Below, piece after piece: positions 26,499-36,210 of a DNA stretch of 64,000 nt (position 1 is the first letter of the stretch; the number at the start of each line of letters is the position of its first letter). A program made the translations under genes and the position numbers. The stretch lies in IMG/VR virus record IMGVR_UViG_3300020374_000579, positions 3,646 to 67,645 of that record. One strand, written 5' to 3'. Origin of the DNA: a virus (taxonomy: Duplodnaviria > Caudoviricetes). The notes beneath the pieces were generated by a model. It saw only the letters and a program-made list of their open reading frames with translations. It was not told the DNA's origin and searched no databases.

Positions 26499-27710
26499 CT
26501 AAACTCCTGCTAGTTTCTTCAGTTCTTCTAATTCAATGGCTTCATTTAGTTCATCAATTGCTTTAGTTGGAACTAATAAAACATCAGCACCTTTCTTTTC
26601 TGATATCAAAACCTTATAACCACATTGTTCCCAAGTGATACCATTTGCTTCAAAAATTGTATTTAGGGCATCATATGATTCTTTTGCCATTGCTCTAACT
26701 TTTGGCATAAACGATCCATACCATTCTGGTTCAGTTTTTTTCAAAGGAGAGTTTTTTAACATAGCACCAAATTGAATTGCATAATCATCTAAGCCGGATA
26801 TGTCAGGTCGTTGTTTTTTAAAAGCCGCTAATTTATCAATCCATTGTTTAGCATATTCAATTTTTTCTGAATCAGTTTTAGCATTTTTGAAAAAAGTAAG
26901 CGGTTCTTCCAATGCAAATCTCAACTGTCCATTATGACGGTCTCTGATGTCTCCACCAGTTTTTTCTGGTGCGGGACCTTTTTTCATCACATTAGCCATT
27001 GCTCTACCAATACCTGCACCTGCTACTGCACCAACTTTTTGTGCCGTACTTGCATCTGGGTCCATTCTTGTTTTACTAGCAAGTGGTCCACCAATTGCTT
27101 TATTAATTGCATCTGCTCCGGCTTGCTTCATTTTTTCTATTGCACCAGGACCTTGTCCTACACCTTTTGCAATGCTTGTAAGTTCCATAGAACGAGCATC
27201 TTTTGGTGCAAGTGGGTAAACACCTTTAACAGGTTTAGCATATTGAGTGTCAAATGTTGTTGATCCATCTTTTTCTTTTTTGGCTTTTACACCATCAACT
27301 TCCATCCATTGACTACCTTTATCGGTTTTTTCCAATCGATAAAATATACCATCTGGATGCTGTACCACTCTACCAACCTTCATGTCTTTTCTGTGTTTGG
27401 CAAAGTCGCTAACAACACCACCTTTTTTGGATTTTTTTATATTATTTTGGTTTTGTTGGGCTATTGCTCGGTTAATTGCATTTTGCTGTGATTTTGCTAA
27501 TACGCCACCTGCTGTTTTGTTTCCTAGTTTATCACCTTTATCAATTTTCTGCTTTGAACTTTGACCTTGTGGTTTGGGTTTTGAAGCATACTGCCGACCG
27601 GCTTGTGTGCCTTTAGCAAATTTTCCCCCAGCACCACGTTTGATTCCCATTTCGGCATCTTTTTTCTGTTGGTCTGGCGTAATTTCTTGTACTAAATCAT
27701 TAAATTTCAT
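26499..27710 (-). CDS. Basic hypothetical protein with capsid-targeting-like leader (start revised to 27710)
   Basis: MKFNDLVQE/I; ends ELEELKKLAGV. Confidence 0.75.
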   Translation of the reverse strand: MKFNDLVQEITPDQQKKDAEMGIKRGAGGKFAKGTQAGRQYASKPKPQGQSSKQKIDKGDKLGNKTAGGVLAKSQQNAINRAIAQQNQNNIKKSKKGGVVSDFAKHRKDMKVGRVVQHPDGIFYRLEKTDKGSQWMEVDGVKAKKEKDGSTTFDTQYAKPVKGVYPLAPKDARSMELTSIAKGVGQGPGAIEKMKQAGADAINKAIGGPLASKTRMDPDASTAQKVGAVAGAGIGRAMANVMKKGPAPEKTGGDIRDRHNGQLRFALEEPLTFFKNAKTDSEKIEYAKQWIDKLAAFKKQRPDISGLDDYAIQFGAMLKNSPLKKTEPEWYGSFMPKVRAMAKESYDALNTIFEANGITWEQCGYKVLISEKKGADVLLVPTKAIDELNEAIELEELKKLAGV

Positions 27711-27963
27711 TATTACTCTCCGCAACTATTTTTTTAATGCCACGAGAGAATTTTTTTGAATCACCTGATTTGATAGAGTTAATAAGTCTACGTTCTAAGT
27801 CTAATGCCTCTTGAGGACTATATGACTCACGTAGTATTGCTTTGATATTTTCAGCACTACTGACTAAATGTTCAACTCTATTTTCGAGAACATGGTGGCG
27901 ACTTCTGTCTACACTGATAGAATTTAATTCTTCTAAAATACTTCTCGATTTTCTTTCTGACAT
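27700..27963 (-). CDS. Hypothetical protein (87 aa)
   Basis: AGGA SD and late promoter GATAAATAT at 27987-27995. Confidence 0.75.
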   Translation of the reverse strand: MSERKSRSILEELNSISVDRSRHHVLENRVEHLVSSAENIKAILRESYSPQEALDLERRLINSIKSGDSKKFSRGIKKIVAESNNEI

Positions 27964-27997
27964 TTGTTGTTTCCTATGTTATATGCATATTTATCTT

Positions 27998-29380
27998 TTA
28001 TAGGTCATTTTTCTTCATGAACTCCTGCATATTCAGTGCTGTACTAATAGTATTTGTTGCATCAGTGTCCTCTGTTTTAACAGAACCTGTGCGTTTTAGT
28101 TGGTCAATCAGTGTTCCTGTAGTCATTGTCATTGAATCTTCATCTTCTTCATCCAAATCCTCAACTCTAAGTGTATCAGGATTAAATTTTAAGTCTACTT
28201 TACTGCCAACACCACTACTAGAACGTGTTTTCATAAACTGTATTTGATATCTGCCACGTTCTCGCATAGCATTACTTGTAAATATACCTACAACATTATC
28301 TGCTGTTTGTATTTTACTAATACCACCTGCAATATGATGGTGGTCAAATTCTATTTCTTCTACTGCACCTCTATTCAACTGCGATGCAGTAACAAATAAT
28401 GTACCACTTTCAACTGCTAAATTACGCAACTCCTCAGATACATATTTGTCTTTAATAAACAAATCCCCTGGACTAACTTTTGCACTAATAGGACTCATTA
28501 AATCCAAATAGTCAACCAAAATACAGTCTACTTTTACATCTGTGTTTATTTCATACTCTCTAACAAATGCTCTAATATCATTGGCAGTAACACCACTGCT
28601 CATTTGTTTTACTCTAAACTTACCAGCACCTTTACCTTTCATACGCACTTTCAAATCTACGTCATCCATGTTTTTCATTATCTCTCTTGTGCTGTATTCA
28701 CTTACCATAGCATCTAGACGCATACTAATTAATTGTTCGCTCAACTCTAAACTAATGTAAACAACATTCATTCCTGCCAGTGCCCAATTCACTCCTAAGT
28801 TCTGTAAAAATAAACTTTTACCTGCACCACTACCACCAGCAAATATTGTAATCTCGCCTCTGTTTAATCCACCATACAGTTTTTGGTCAAACTTTTTCCA
28901 ACCTGTGCTAACTGCACCTGCTTGACTTTTTATGTATTGTAATCTTTCTTTTGGATTTTCAAAGTATTCAAGTCCCAAGTCTTTAACAAGACTAACTTGA
29001 CTTGCTTCTTTTATTTTATTTTCTACTGCACCATAGTCTGCTTTTTCCAATAAGTCAGTACTGTCTAATATTGCTTTTTCTAATGCTTTATGTCTACAAA
29101 ATCTTTCGAAACTATCTAAAAACCAATCTGAATGATTAGATGTAATACCATCTATACGTTCTAGTTCTAATCCTGTTGTTGCTTTGATTTGGTCAATAGT
29201 AGGAATAGCACTATATTCTTCACTATGCTGTTTTAAAAATTTAATTGTGTCTTGATATTTCTTGTTAAACATATAAGGTTCAACAATATTGTTTACTCTC
29301 ACAAACAACTCTGGATCTGTGACTAAGAAATTCAAATACATTTCCTGTATTTCTTCTGTGTAGTTTTCTATGTTATCCAT
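27998..29380 (-). CDS. DnaB-family replicative helicase (T4 gp41-like)
   Basis: Walker A AGGSGAGKS, ILVDYLDL, TASQLNR, MKTR. Confidence 0.95.
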   Translation of the reverse strand: MDNIENYTEEIQEMYLNFLVTDPELFVRVNNIVEPYMFNKKYQDTIKFLKQHSEEYSAIPTIDQIKATTGLELERIDGITSNHSDWFLDSFERFCRHKALEKAILDSTDLLEKADYGAVENKIKEASQVSLVKDLGLEYFENPKERLQYIKSQAGAVSTGWKKFDQKLYGGLNRGEITIFAGGSGAGKSLFLQNLGVNWALAGMNVVYISLELSEQLISMRLDAMVSEYSTREIMKNMDDVDLKVRMKGKGAGKFRVKQMSSGVTANDIRAFVREYEINTDVKVDCILVDYLDLMSPISAKVSPGDLFIKDKYVSEELRNLAVESGTLFVTASQLNRGAVEEIEFDHHHIAGGISKIQTADNVVGIFTSNAMRERGRYQIQFMKTRSSSGVGSKVDLKFNPDTLRVEDLDEEDEDSMTMTTGTLIDQLKRTGSVKTEDTDATNTISTALNMQEFMKKNDL

Positions 29381-30149
29381 TTGCTCTCCTAAAATCTCTC
29401 ATCAATTCTGTTGCTATCATTTCATGCCCTTTAGGATTAGGGTGTTTTGTATCATCAAATTCTCTAACTGATAACATTTGTGTTAGTGGTCTTTTAGACC
29501 ATTTTGTAATATCTATTTTACTTGCCAATATGTTTTCGTATGCTGTATCATATTCTATATAGTGATGCGGTTGTTTATACTTTGGATGTCCTTGCATAGA
29601 CATACTTGTAAACAAATAAGGCATGTCCATATCTTGCAATATACTTTGTAGTAACAATATATTCTGTAAATGTTCTACAGTATAATCGACCTCACTCTTT
29701 AACCATACAAAATTATCTGTTGCTGTTTTTAAAAGTTTATCAAGTGTATTTAACTTATCTTCATAATCTTCTTCAATTTTATCGAAATGTATATTAAACA
29801 GTTTATCAGGGTTTTGTTCCTTTAATTCTTCACTGGTTTCTGCTGTCCTAGGTAATATACCTACATCAGAACATAAATTTGCCCACTCGTTATACTGTTC
29901 TAAATATTGCTCTTGTCTATACAAGCCTGTAAATTGTACTATAACACCATCAAAACTATTATCTTGTTCTAATGTTTCAATAGTAGTTCTAATAATTTTA
30001 TCGTTGCTATTGCCACCTATAGCAAGATTAACATGCTCACCACAATGTGTGGGCCAAACATAATCAGGTGGTGGAGCAAGTAAGCCATCTTCATTGTGAA
30101 TGACATCATGACCTCCTGTAAAACTGCAACCATTAACTAACAATTTCAT
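29373..30149 (-). CDS. SGNH/GDSL-like protein
   Basis: LLVNGCSFTGG, NLAIGGNSN, DTKHPNPKGH. Confidence 0.7.
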   Translation of the reverse strand: MKLLVNGCSFTGGHDVIHNEDGLLAPPPDYVWPTHCGEHVNLAIGGNSNDKIIRTTIETLEQDNSFDGVIVQFTGLYRQEQYLEQYNEWANLCSDVGILPRTAETSEELKEQNPDKLFNIHFDKIEEDYEDKLNTLDKLLKTATDNFVWLKSEVDYTVEHLQNILLLQSILQDMDMPYLFTSMSMQGHPKYKQPHHYIEYDTAYENILASKIDITKWSKRPLTQMLSVREFDDTKHPNPKGHEMIATELMRDFRRANG

Positions 30150-31123
30150 AACATTTTTGCCTTTACTTGATTCTTTATTTTATTATCACTAGCATGTTTT
30201 ATAATACTTGCTAATGTAAGTAGTCTACCATATTTATTTACAGCATCAGCGGCATCTTTACAATCTGCACTCCAAGGCGGAAAACTAATTTCCCATCCTA
30301 ATTCTATTGCTTTGTCTATAAGTTCTTTACCTGCTTCATCTCTGTCTGGGCATAATATAACACGTTTATTAAGTTTATCGATAAGATGTGCCTGTTCGGC
30401 TGTTACGCCATTACCTAAAACACTTATACCATCTATGAGTATTGCATCAAATACTCCTTCTACAACTACTACAACTTCTCTATCTGTATCAACAAATTTA
30501 TCAATATTGAACACATATCCACTTTGCATGTTAAGAAGATATTTTGCAGTTTCTTTGTTTGGGGGATTAATATGTCTACCTGTCCAGCCAACTAGTTGAT
30601 TGTTATACATGAAAGGTACAACTAGTCTTGCATTATACATACTATTATTAATATGCAACAAAGGAAAGTTACCTAATAGACCACGTTCAATAGCATATTG
30701 CTTTACTTTATGGTTATCTGGTAAGTCTTCTACTAAAGTAGTTTCTTCTGGTAATTGATGTGTTTTAAAACTAGCCGCCGTATAAACATAATCCGAAGTA
30801 TCTTCTATTTCTAATACTTCAGAATGTTTCATCAGATCCAATACAACTTTGTGTATGTCTGAAACAGGCACACCTAACGTTTCACATAATTTTTTGTATT
30901 TGCCACCTAGTTTAGGACTTGGTGCCCAACCAGTTGTGTAACCACAGTTAAAACAGTGATAACTTATTTTGGCATTACTTTGTATAACACCACCACGTTT
31001 TCTTTTGTCAGTACACATTGGACAATTGAATGTAGTCCAGCCACTAGGAGTTTTGCCACTATTAACTGGCAAATTGTCCATAAGTAATCGATGTACTTTG
31101 TCTACAAGTTCGTGATGATGCAT
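30146..31123 (-). CDS. DNA primase (T4 gp61-like)
   Basis: Zn ribbon CPMC...CFNC; TOPRIM VVEGVFDA...CPDRD. Confidence 0.92.
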   Translation of the reverse strand: MHHHELVDKVHRLLMDNLPVNSGKTPSGWTTFNCPMCTDKRKRGGVIQSNAKISYHCFNCGYTTGWAPSPKLGGKYKKLCETLGVPVSDIHKVVLDLMKHSEVLEIEDTSDYVYTAASFKTHQLPEETTLVEDLPDNHKVKQYAIERGLLGNFPLLHINNSMYNARLVVPFMYNNQLVGWTGRHINPPNKETAKYLLNMQSGYVFNIDKFVDTDREVVVVVEGVFDAILIDGISVLGNGVTAEQAHLIDKLNKRVILCPDRDEAGKELIDKAIELGWEISFPPWSADCKDAADAVNKYGRLLTLASIIKHASDNKIKNQVKAKML

Positions 31124-31132
31124 AACAATATT

Positions 31133-31160
31133 ATTATAACACCAATCTGTACAAAGTCAA
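31133..31160 (-). promoter_or_regulatory. Sigma70-like early promoter for primase
   Basis: TTGACT-N16-TATAAT with extended -10. Confidence 0.72.
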
Positions 31161-31970
31161 CTAATTTCTTAGTAAAACTTTGTCCAAAGAACCTGAGGTT
31201 TTGTTGAATTTAACCCTGACCCAATTGGTGTTGACTTTAAAATTAAAAGCATCTATTCCACTAAATGCTGATGCAAAAGGAACTTCTGCAGAACCGTCAC
31301 CTTGTACATCTATATCATACCAATCACTGTTTTGAGATGGTGTACTTTCTAATGCAGAACCTTGTATTGTAACATTACCTACAAAGTTTGTCATATATAC
31401 ACCAATCGTGTGTTGACTGTGATTAAAGTTTTGGTCTTGATTACCGTACATTGCACTTGTAACAAAAACATTTGACCCTTGGTCAATAAAAGATGTTTGT
31501 GTTTGAGTTGCAATAGGATCATATTCTAAACTACTTCTAATTTCTAAGTCTGAAATAATTCTATCGTTTTGGTTAGCATACAAAGGACTTTGTGTTACTC
31601 CACTATCACTGCTTTCACTGATACTAATTTGATATAAACCTGGTGATAAACTTGCTAAATCTCCTGGTACAAAATTTAATTTTGCTTCTCCAGTTGTTCC
31701 GCTGTTTACCAAAGATAGTTGTTTGAATACAACTCGCTTGTTTGTGTTAGGGTTTATAATACTAGCATACAATGTTTTACCGCTTAAATTTTGTAAAACT
31801 CTGTCTCTATTTCTCACAAAAAAGTTCAACTGAGAGTCGAAACCTTTATGTACTGTTAATTTAGTTTGATTCATTGGTCTGTTGTCCACTGTTATACCGT
31901 CCGACGTTAAAACAAGGTCGATTGACGGATATCCTAAAATGTATAATGTATTGTTACTGCCAAATGACAT
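31161..31970 (-). CDS. Baseplate/BppU-N-like virion protein
   Basis: KGFDSQLNFFVRNRD...GEAKLNF..DLASLSPGLYQISI Ig-like pattern; late promoter upstream. Confidence 0.55.
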   Translation of the reverse strand: MSFGSNNTLYILGYPSIDLVLTSDGITVDNRPMNQTKLTVHKGFDSQLNFFVRNRDRVLQNLSGKTLYASIINPNTNKRVVFKQLSLVNSGTTGEAKLNFVPGDLASLSPGLYQISISESSDSGVTQSPLYANQNDRIISDLEIRSSLEYDPIATQTQTSFIDQGSNVFVTSAMYGNQDQNFNHSQHTIGVYMTNFVGNVTIQGSALESTPSQNSDWYDIDVQGDGSAEVPFASAFSGIDAFNFKVNTNWVRVKFNKTSGSLDKVLLRN

Positions 31971-31993
31971 AATTAATCTTCCATTTATAAACT

Positions 31994-32019
31994 GTATTTA
32001 TCTATATTGCTTATAAATA
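31994..32019. promoter_or_regulatory. Divergent pair of late promoters
   Basis: Minus GATAAATAC at 31994-32002; plus TATAAATA at 32012-32019. Confidence 0.72.
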
Positions 32020-32025
32020 TCTAAG

Positions 32026-32403
32026 ATGACTAAACATGAAGAGTTACAAGAAAAATTTCCATTTTTAACAGGCATAGAGTTTAACGGCACAGAATATGTT
32101 GGAATAGTACAAAATAGAGATGCACAAATTATAAGTTTTTACGATATTGAAAAATGTAGAAACAACGATGAACGTAGATTAATGCTAGAACATGCTGATT
32201 TATGGTGGTGGGAAAGTAACAGAATGTTACCCATTGATGTGTTTTTATTTCAAGAAATGCAAGAATTTAGTCACTGTTTAAGAACTTTTATGAATAAAGA
32301 AACAGAAATACTGTTCGGACCTGTAACAAGTATGCAAAATATTTTAAAGAAAAGAATTAAACGTAGAAGTATTCAACTAGTCAAAAAAGTTACCGACGAC
32401 TAG
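32026..32403 (+). CDS. Hypothetical protein; only credible plus-strand gene
   Basis: 125 aa filling the gap, own late promoter, WWWESNRMLPI motif. Confidence 0.8.
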   Translation: MTKHEELQEKFPFLTGIEFNGTEYVGIVQNRDAQIISFYDIEKCRNNDERRLMLEHADLWWWESNRMLPIDVFLFQEMQEFSHCLRTFMNKETEILFGPVTSMQNILKKRIKRRSIQLVKKVTDD

Positions 32404-32965
32404 CATTTTCAACTATTAAATTTAACTGTACAACTATAAGTGTTGCATAACCTATTGCATGACTTCTTTTAAAGAAATAATCATCTGTTTTTTGCCAAAC
32501 TTCTTTTTCAATTACTGACCAATCATTACCAACCAAATATCTTTTACCTGGTCTAATCATTGCAAGTATCATTGCTAACTGTTCTATTGTAGTAGGCATG
32601 TGTTGTTTTACAATCTCAAAATGATTACCAATATGAAACAGTTGTTCTACTATTTCTTTGTGACCAAACAAATCCCACATAGGCTCTGTATCTAATAATT
32701 TATTTAGATGTGCTTCATCTTTAATATCTTCATACACATGGTTATTTAGAAAGTCCACTTTAAAGTATCCTAAGTCTTCTGCTTCTTTGTGGTCTATTGT
32801 GCTGTAACCTTCAATAGGAAAGTTTGGAATAGGTTGAAAATAGACACCAGTGTTATGTTTTTCAAATTCACCATCACGTTTGATACTAGCAGGAATAACA
32901 TCAACAAGTTTTAAGAACTTATCTCTGTCCGCCATATCAATGTCTACATCAAAGTTTATTTTCAT
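32390..32965 (-). CDS. Minimal DnaE/Pol III alpha-like catalytic core
   Basis: FDVDID, KHNTGVY, GYFKVDFL, LAMIRPG, YFFKRSHAIGYA match DnaE motifs; 191 aa. Confidence 0.85.
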   Translation of the reverse strand: MKINFDVDIDMADRDKFLKLVDVIPASIKRDGEFEKHNTGVYFQPIPNFPIEGYSTIDHKEAEDLGYFKVDFLNNHVYEDIKDEAHLNKLLDTEPMWDLFGHKEIVEQLFHIGNHFEIVKQHMPTTIEQLAMILAMIRPGKRYLVGNDWSVIEKEVWQKTDDYFFKRSHAIGYATLIVVQLNLIVENASRR

Positions 32966-34098
32966 ATAATTTCTGCAATCTTATCTGCTAAGTTTTTAAA
33001 CCACTCAGCATCATGTCCTTTAGTTGTTTCTGCCGCTGTACCTAATCTGATACCACTTGTTTCTATAAAACTTCTAGGGTCATTTGGTATGCCATTTTTA
33101 TTTACAGTGATACCTAACTCTTCTAAATGGTCAGCCGCATCTTTTCCGCTGATTCCTCTATTTGTTAAATCTAGTAATATTATATGCGAATCTGTGCCTC
33201 CTGTCAAGCATTCAAATCCATTTGCTGTAAGTTGGTCTGCGAATGCTTTAGCATTTACTAATACATCATTTGCATAGTTTTCAAACTCTATTGTGTTTGC
33301 TTCTATAAAACATTGTGCCTTTGCCGCAATTTGATTCATTAAAGGTCCACCTTGTGTACCTGGAAAAATAGCACTATTGATTTTTCTACTGTATTCTTCT
33401 TTGTTCCACAGTATAATACCGCCTCTAGGACCGCGTAAAGTCTTGTGTGTTGTACTTGTTACTACATCAGCATAATGAATAGGATTGTCATAACATTTAC
33501 CTGCTATGAGACCGCTATAGTGTGCCATATCACAAAGTAAAAATGCTCCTACTTCATCTGCTATAATTCTAAACTTGCCCCAATCTATTTGTCTCGGATA
33601 TGCACTAGCACCTGCAATAATCATTTTAGGCATGACTTCTTTTGCTTGATCCATTAAAGCATCATAATCTAATAGTCCTTTACTATCAACACCATAATGA
33701 TATGCTTCATAAACTTTACCTGATATATTTGGAGTACTACCATGACTTAGATGTCCGCCACTTGCTAAATCCATTCCTAATATTTTATCACCTGGTTTTA
33801 AAAATGCTTGGAATACGGCTGTATTGGCATTTGCTCCACAATGTGGTTGCACATTAGCAAAATTACAATCGAACAATTTAGTAACTTCTTCTATTGCTAA
33901 ATTTTCAATATCATCCATATTGTTACAACCGTTATAATAACGTTTGCCTGGATAACCTTCAGCATATTTATTTGTAAATATACTTCCGCTAAGAGCCATC
34001 ACTGCTTCACTGGCATAGTTTTCACTTGCAATAAGTTCTATGGTGTTGTCTTGTCTATTAACTTCTTTATCAAGTATATCTTTTACTCGATTATCCAT
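32962..34098 (-). CDS. glyA: Serine hydroxymethyltransferase
   Basis: LIASEN, NKYAEGYPG, GGHLSHG, TSTTHKTLRGPRGG. Confidence 0.98.
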   Translation of the reverse strand: MDNRVKDILDKEVNRQDNTIELIASENYASEAVMALSGSIFTNKYAEGYPGKRYYNGCNNMDDIENLAIEEVTKLFDCNFANVQPHCGANANTAVFQAFLKPGDKILGMDLASGGHLSHGSTPNISGKVYEAYHYGVDSKGLLDYDALMDQAKEVMPKMIIAGASAYPRQIDWGKFRIIADEVGAFLLCDMAHYSGLIAGKCYDNPIHYADVVTSTTHKTLRGPRGGIILWNKEEYSRKINSAIFPGTQGGPLMNQIAAKAQCFIEANTIEFENYANDVLVNAKAFADQLTANGFECLTGGTDSHIILLDLTNRGISGKDAADHLEELGITVNKNGIPNDPRSFIETSGIRLGTAAETTKGHDAEWFKNLADKIAEII

Positions 34099-34322
34099 TA
34101 TCTATAACTACCTACCAACTTAGGACCAGATGTTACAAACTCCATACCAGCCATATTGCCCACATATATTTTGTGTGCAGGTTGATATTGTAAGTTTACT
34201 TTAACTGTATTCATAAAAACTTGTAAGTATTTCTCTGGTTGAAAACTTCCAACTTCTGCTTCTACAGTTTTACCATTGTCTGTGCATTCTACAATACACT
34301 CATTTGCATATGATTCATTCAT
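34098..34322 (-). CDS. Hypothetical protein (74 aa)
   Basis: Translationally coupled on both sides. Confidence 0.75.
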   Translation of the reverse strand: MNESYANECIVECTDNGKTVEAEVGSFQPEKYLQVFMNTVKVNLQYQPAHKIYVGNMAGMEFVTSGPKLVGSYR

Positions 34323-34632
34323 CTTTTACCTTCATTTTGTTTAACATCTTTTTAGAATTAAACAATGCTTTGATAGGATTGTCATCATCTAAATCTTTTA
34401 TAATATCTATTAATACCATTATGTCTTTTAATTCATCTTCTGTTAGTTTTGTACTTCCTATACTAATAGAATTATCTAACACACTTGTATCAATAGTATA
34501 TGTTCCGGAACTACTTGTCATACCCTGCAATGTAAATCCGGAATCATCTGTTATTGTAACAGTCTCACAATCGTTTGTCAATGTAATAGTGTCCATTGAA
34601 TAAGAACTTACGTCCATATAATCATTACCCAT
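34315..34632 (-). CDS. Hypothetical protein (105 aa)
   Basis: Overlaps both neighbours in an operon-like way. Confidence 0.7.
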   Translation of the reverse strand: MGNDYMDVSSYSMDTITLTNDCETVTITDDSGFTLQGMTSSSGTYTIDTSVLDNSISIGSTKLTEDELKDIMVLIDIIKDLDDDNPIKALFNSKKMLNKMKVKDE

Positions 34633-35293
34633 TTTCTAAAACCTCATTTGCTAATGGAAAAATTTTACTAATTACTTTTGCTACTTCTTTGGCAATCTCA
34701 ATATGTTCCAACTGAGTACCGTTAGCACCTCTCAACTCAATATAGTGTACCCAACTTCTTAATGTGCCATTAGCATACAATCTACTTACTGTATTACCTT
34801 CTGGCAGTACCGCTCTTGCCTGTTCTTTTGCAATACCATTTTCTATTGCCCAAGTATAAGCCTGATAGGCTTCTCTAATTACATCTTCTTGTTTTTGTTC
34901 CCATTTAAGTTTTATTTCCATGTCATCACATTCAATACTGTTTTGCCTATTTTTAGGATCTTGTAGTCTTGCATCACGTTTTTCGAAAGATAATGATTCT
35001 GTAGGATCAGCATAACGTTGACTAAACTCTTGGAAACTAAAACTTCTATGTCTTAGTATTTGTCTTGCAATATCTCTAGTGGTTTCTATTTCTAAACAAA
35101 CACTAACCATCTCTAATGGCGACCAGTGTTTATGTTTCATCAAATACTTGATAAGTTTGTCACTTGTCTCTTGGTTCATTTGGTTGTCTGGATTACTTAC
35201 TCTAGCACAAAAGGCAACAAGTTCTGTTGCATTAGCACTATCAATAAGATAACTGCCATCTGATTTACTATAACTTACTAAGTTTACTTTCAT
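34625..35293 (-). CDS. thyX: FAD-dependent thymidylate synthase (start revised to 35293)
   Basis: RQILRHRSFSFQEFSQRY signature. Confidence 0.97.
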   Translation of the reverse strand: MKVNLVSYSKSDGSYLIDSANATELVAFCARVSNPDNQMNQETSDKLIKYLMKHKHWSPLEMVSVCLEIETTRDIARQILRHRSFSFQEFSQRYADPTESLSFEKRDARLQDPKNRQNSIECDDMEIKLKWEQKQEDVIREAYQAYTWAIENGIAKEQARAVLPEGNTVSRLYANGTLRSWVHYIELRGANGTQLEHIEIAKEVAKVISKIFPLANEVLENG

Positions 35294-36210
35294 TCTTCGT
35301 CCTTTTGTTTTATCCATTCTTTATTGAATGGGTCATTTATAAATTTGTCTGCAATAATATTATGATATTCTTCATCGAAATGAGATGCTGTATTAATCCA
35401 GTTTCTTTCTCTATACATTTTGTTCCATTTGGGAATTGACCCAAATACTTCTTTAACTAAGTCCCATGATTCTACCCAATCCTGTGTTTGAGTAATAGAC
35501 ATATTCATAGAGGAGTCTGTGAGATATATTGGTACATACAATAATTTTACATTACATTGTTCGCATATTTGTTTTAAAAATGCAAGACTTGTATAAAATC
35601 TTAAATACCTTTTATACACAGGTTCTTGATAAAATTCTTCATCTACTACTCCTATAAAAACTCTACCTTCTTTGTCCGTAGGTTTATCTGATTTAGTAGC
35701 AACACCAATATCTTCTGACCCCCATTTGGAAGTAGGATTTAATTCACCCTCTTCAAATTGGTCTGGTCTATGAGATATCCATTGTGTTGTTCCTAACAGT
35801 CTTTTTTTAGGATCATTGTGTAAGGGCGGCATAAATTTATTAAATATGGCTCTTGTTTTGCCAAGGAAATCTTTGTGTGCATTTGTTTCTGCTCTTATTT
35901 GTCCATCTATTTCAATTAATTCTTCTCTTGTTTTTTTATTTTCTTCTTGCAGATGATGTACAAATGTATATGTAGAAGTGTATATACAATGAGTAATATC
36001 AGGATCATTCATTATTCTGCCTGCGGCTAGAAAAACTCCAGATTCAAAGTCACTCCAAGATACACCTGTAAACAAAGGTTCTAAATTATTTTTATTTGCA
36101 ATAATAGTTGCCCAATGGTCAATTGGTTTGCCGTTTGTTGATGGTCCACCGTAAACCATATCTCCACTATTTGCAGAATAACTAGCACCAGATACTAATA
36201 ATTTTTTCAT
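35290..36210 (-). CDS. Divergent SGNH-like protein (start revised to 36210)
   Basis: LLVSGASYS block I-like, terminal ASHFDEEYHNIIA. Confidence 0.5.
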   Translation of the reverse strand: MKKLLVSGASYSANSGDMVYGGPSTNGKPIDHWATIIANKNNLEPLFTGVSWSDFESGVFLAAGRIMNDPDITHCIYTSTYTFVHHLQEENKKTREELIEIDGQIRAETNAHKDFLGKTRAIFNKFMPPLHNDPKKRLLGTTQWISHRPDQFEEGELNPTSKWGSEDIGVATKSDKPTDKEGRVFIGVVDEEFYQEPVYKRYLRFYTSLAFLKQICEQCNVKLLYVPIYLTDSSMNMSITQTQDWVESWDLVKEVFGSIPKWNKMYRERNWINTASHFDEEYHNIIADKFINDPFNKEWIKQKDEE

